From the NCBI RefSeq assembly GCF_009914755.1, contig NC_060929.1: DNA of 64,000 nt. The stretch is one strand, 5' to 3'. This DNA comes from the human T2T-CHM13v2.0 reference genome, Homo sapiens. Every line of letters starts with the position of its first letter. Position 1 is the first letter of the stretch. Positions 59,201 through 64,000 of this stretch are shown here, piece after piece. The notes below the pieces were generated by a model. It had not been told where the DNA came from. It saw nothing but the letters and a program-made list of their open reading frames with translations, and made no database searches. Position numbers and translations under genes: made by a program.

Positions 59201-62200
59201 CCCATGTGCTCCCATGTATCCCTTCATTGATTGTACACAAACAGTGTTTCCAAACTGCTCAATCAAAAGAAAGGTTTAACACTGGTGGAAGAATGCAGAC
59301 ATCACAAAGCAGTTTCTGAGAAAGTTCTTTCTAGTATTTATCTGAAGATATTTCCTATTTCTCCATAGGCCTCAATGCACTCCCAAATGTCCCTTCGCAG
59401 ATTCTGCCTAAACAGTGTTTCCAAACTGTTCAATCAAAAGAAAGGTTTAACTCTGTGAGATGAATGCACAATTCACAAAGCAATTTCCCAGAAAGCTTCT
59501 TTCTAGTTTTATCTAACATATTTCCTTTTTCACTTTTGGTGTCAAAGCACTCTCAATTATCCGTTCTCAGCTTCTACAAAAACAGTGTTCCCAAAAGGCC
59601 CAATGAAAAGGAAATTTTAACTCTACATGATGAATGCACACATCCCAGAGCTGTTTCTCAGAAATGTTTCTTTCTAATTTGTATCTGAAGATATTTTCTT
59701 TTTCACTATATGCCTCAATGCACTCCTAAATATCCCTTGGTACATTTTACAGAAACAGTGTTTCCAGAGTGCTCAATGAAAATAATGGTTAACCTCTGTG
59801 ATAGGAATGTACACATCACAAATCAGTTTCCAGAAAGCTTTTTCTAGTTTTAATCTGAAGATATTTCCTTTTTCACCACTGGCCTTGAAGCACTCCCAAA
59901 TATCCCTTTGCATATTTTACAAAAACATTGTTTCCAAACTGCTCAATCAAAAGAAAGGATTAACTCTGCCAGCTGAATGCACAAATCACAAAGCAGTTTC
60001 CCACAAAGCTTCTTTCTAGTTTTTTCTAACATAATTCATTTTTCACAGTAGGCCTCAAAGCACTACCAATTGTCCTTTCTCAGATTCTTCAAAAACAGGG
60101 TTGCCAAACTGCTCAATCAAAAGAAAGTTCAACTCTATGAGATGGATGCACTCATCACAAAGCAGTTTCTCAGAAGCGTTCTTTCTAGTATTTCTCTGAA
60201 TATACTTCCTATTTCACAATAGACCTCAATGAACTCCCAAATATACCTTGGTAGAATTTACAGAAACTGTTTCCAAACTGCTTAATCAAAATAACGGTTT
60301 ACCTCTGTCAGATGAATGCACACATCACAAAGCAGATTCCAGAAAGATTCTTTCTAGTTTTTATCTCAAGATATTTCCTTTATCACCATATGCCTCAAAG
60401 TGCTCATGTATATCCCTTGGTATAATTTACAGAAACAGTGTTTTCAAACTGCTCAATCAAAAGTGAGGTTGAACTCTGTGAGAAGAATGCACACATCAAA
60501 ACACAGTTTGTGAGAAAGCTTCTTTCTAGTATTTATCTGAAGATATTTCCTTTTTTGACATAGACGTCAAAGTGCTCCCCAATATCCCTTCACATATTCT
60601 AAAAAAACAGTGTTTCCACACTGCTCAATCAACACAAAAGTTTAACTCATTGAGAAGAATACACAAATCTCAAAGCAGATTCATTATTCACCATAGGCCT
60701 CCAAGTGCTCCCAAATATCTGTTCTCAGATTGTACAAAATCACTGGTGTCAAAGCGCTAAATTAAAGAAAGTTTTCACCCTGTGAGATGAATGCACTCAT
60801 CACAAAGCAGTTTCTCAGAAAGCTTCTTTCTAGTTTTTATCAGAAGATATTTCATTTTTCACCATAGGCATCAATGCACTGCCCAATATCCCCTTACAGA
60901 TTCTACTAAAACAGTGTTTCTGAACTGCTCAATTAAAAGAAAGGTTTATCTCTGTGACACAAAAGTACTCATCACAAAGCAGTTTCTCAGAAAGCTTCTT
61001 TCTAGTTTTTTCTGAAGATATTTTATTTTTCACCATAGGACTCAATGCGCTCCCAAATATCCCTTGGCAGATACTTCCAAAATAGTGTTTCCAAACTGCT
61101 GAGTCAAAAGTAAGATTTAACTCTTTGTGCTGAATGCATACATCACAAAGCAGTTTCCCAGAATGCTTCCTTCTGGTTTTTATCTGAAGACATTTCCTTT
61201 TTCACCATAGGCTTCAATGGTCTCTGAAATATCCTTTCACAGATTCTACAAAAAGAGTGTTTCCAAACTGTTCAACTAAAGAAAGGTTTAACTCTGTGGG
61301 ATGAATGCACACATCACAATGCTATTTCTCAGAAATCTTTCTCGTTTTTTTCTGAGGATATTTCTTTTTTCACCATAGGCCTCAATGCGTTCCTAAATAT
61401 GTCTTCACAGATTCTGCAAAAACAGTGTTACCAAACTGCTCATTCAATAGAAAGTTTTAATTCTCTTAGAAGAATGCACACATCAGAAAGGAGTTTTTCA
61501 GAAAGATTCTTTCTAGTTTTCATCTGAAGATATCTCCTTTTACAACATAGGCCTCAATAAGTTCCCAAATATCCCTTTGCAGATTCTACAAGAACAGTGT
61601 TTCCAAACTGCTCAATAAGAAGAAAGGTTTAAGTCTGTGAGATGACTGCACTCTTCTCAAAGAAGTTTCTCATAAACCTTCTTTCTAGTTTTCATCTGAA
61701 GGTATTTCCGTTTTCACCATAGGCCTTAATGCGTTCCCAAATATCACTTCACAGACTCTATAAAAACAGTGTTTCCAAACTGCTCAATCAAAAGAAAGGT
61801 TTAAGTCTGTGAGATGAATGCAGTCATCACAAAGCTGTTTCTCAGAAACATTCTTTCTAGTTTTTGTCTGAAGATATTTCCTTTTTCACCATGTGCCTAA
61901 AGGGCTCCAAAATATCACTTTGCTGGTTCTACAAAAACAGTGTTTCCAAACTGCTCAATTGAAAAAAAGGTTTAACTGTGAAATGAATGAACACATCACA
62001 AAGCATTTTCCCAGAAAGGTTCTTTCTAGTTTTTATTTGAAGGTATATCCTTTTTCAATACAGGCCTCAAAGTGCTCCCAAATATCTCTTCTCAGATACC
62101 AAAAAAACAGCATTGTCAAACTACTCAATTAAAAGAAAAGTTTAGCTCTGTGAGTTGAATGAACTCATCACAAAGCAGTTTCTCAGAATGTTTCTTTCAA

Positions 62201-64000
62201 GTTTTTAATCTGAAGATATTTATTTCCTTTTTCAACATAGGCCTCAATGTGCTCCCAAATATCCCTTCGCAGATTCTACCAAAACAGTATTTCTAAACTG
62301 CTAAATCAAAAGAAGGGTTTTACTGTGTGAGATGAATGCAAAATTCACAAACCTGTTTCTGAGAAAGCTTCTTTCTAGTTTTTGTCTGAAATTATTTCCT
62401 TTTTCACCATAGTCCTCAATGTACTCCTAAATATCCCTTGGCAGAGTCAACAAAAACTGTGTTTCCAAACTGCTCAATCAAAATAAAAGTTTAACTCTGT
62501 GAGATGAAAGCACACATCACAAAAAAGCTTCTCAGAAAGCTTCTTTCTAGTTTACATCTGAGGATGTTTCCTTTTTCACCATAGACCCCAATGCTCCCCC
62601 AAATATCCCTTTGCAGATTCTACAAAAACAGTTTTTCCAAACTGCTCTATCAAAAGAAAGGTTTTACTCTGTGAGATGAATGCACACATCGAAAAGCAGT
62701 TTCTTGGAAAGCTTCTTTCTAGCTTTTATTTGAAGATATTTCCTTTTTCACCAAAGGTCTCAATGGGCTCCGAAATATCCCTTCACAGATTCTACAAAAA
62801 CAGTGTTTCCAAACTGTTCAATTAAAGAATGATTTAACTCTGTTGAATGAATGCACACATCACAATGCTATTTCTAAGAAATCTTTCTCATTTTTTTCTG
62901 AAGATATTTCCTTTTTCACCATAGCCCTCAATGTGTTCCTAAATATATCTTCACAGATTCTGCAAAAACAGTGTTGCCAAACTGCTCATTCAATACAAAG
63001 GTTTAATTCTCTTAGAAGAATGCACACATCAAAAAGCAGTTTCTCAGAAAGTTTCTTTCTAGTTTTCATCTGAAGATATCTGCTTTCCCAACTTAGGCCT
63101 CAAAAAGCTCATAAATATCCCTTTGCAGATTCTAGAAGAACAGAGTTTCCAAACTGCTCAATGAAAAGAAACGTTTACCTCTGTGAGATGAATGCACACA
63201 TCACAAAGCAGTTTCTCAGAAAGCTTCTCTCTAGTTTATATGTGAAGGTATTTCCTTTTTCACCATAGGCCTCAATTCATTCCCAAATATCCCTCCATAG
63301 ATTCTACAAAAACTCCGTTTCCAAACTCCTCAATCAAAAAAAGGTTTAAGTCTGTGAGATGAATGCACTCTTCACAAAGCAGTTTCTCATAAATCTTCTT
63401 TCTAGTTTTCATCTGAAGCTATTTCCTTTCTCACCACAGGCCTCAATGCATTCCCAAATATCCCTTTGCAGATTCTATAAAAACAGTGTTTCCAAACTGC
63501 TTGATCAAAAGAAAGGTTTAACTCTGTGAGATGAATGCACTCATCCCAAAGCTGTTTCTCAGAAAGTTTCTTTCTAGCTTTTATCTGAAGATATTCCTTT
63601 TTCACCATACCCCTAAAAGCACTCCAAAATATTGCATTGCAGATTCTACAAAAACAGTGTTTCCAAACTGCCCAATCAAAAAAAAAAGTTTAACTCTGTG
63701 AGATGAATGCACACACCACAAAGCAGTTTCTCAGAATGCTTCTTTCTAGATTTTATCTGAAGATATTTCCTTTCTCAACATATGCCTCAATATGCTCCCA
63801 AATATCCCTTCTCAGATTCCACCGAAACATTATTTCCAAACTGCTCAATCAAAACAAAGTTTTAACTCTGTGACATGGATGCACACATCACAAACCAGTT
63901 TCTAATAAAGCTTCTTTCTAGTTTTCATCTGAAGTTATTTCCTTTTTCACCATAGGCCTCAATGTGCTCCTAAATATCCCTTTACAGATTCTGCAAAAAC
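53292..64000 (-). repeat. Alpha satellite, 172-bp type monomers
   Basis: Continuous divergent monomers to the end of the window, same orientation. Confidence 0.97.

Overview
Hominoid (probably human or another African great ape) pericentromeric heterochromatin with no cellular genes. About 49 kb is divergent alpha satellite, all in one orientation and with no CENP-B boxes found by eye. It forms two layers: ~171-bp monomers (1-30203) and 172-bp monomers (31152-64000). The 171-bp layer carries four L1PA2/L1PA3-type LINE-1 insertions: L1-A 4747-5951 (+), L1-B 7494-12577 (+), near-full-length L1-C 18540-24451 (-) and a 5' stub L1-D 30204-30327 (+). None is intact. L1-D is fused to a headless MER11 LTR exactly at the layer switch, which marks a rearrangement junction. 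The 172-bp layer carries a complete solo MER11 LTR and an AluY. Most notable: the independent L1 copies share about a dozen non-consensus amino-acid changes, and the three + strand copies sit at the same position of the monomer. This suggests a distinct, possibly alpha-satellite-tropic L1 source lineage (hypothesis only). Several fossil higher-order repeat patterns are also visible in the nominally monomeric satellite. Comparisons with consensus sequences are from recall, not from alignment runs; boundaries are accurate to a few bases.
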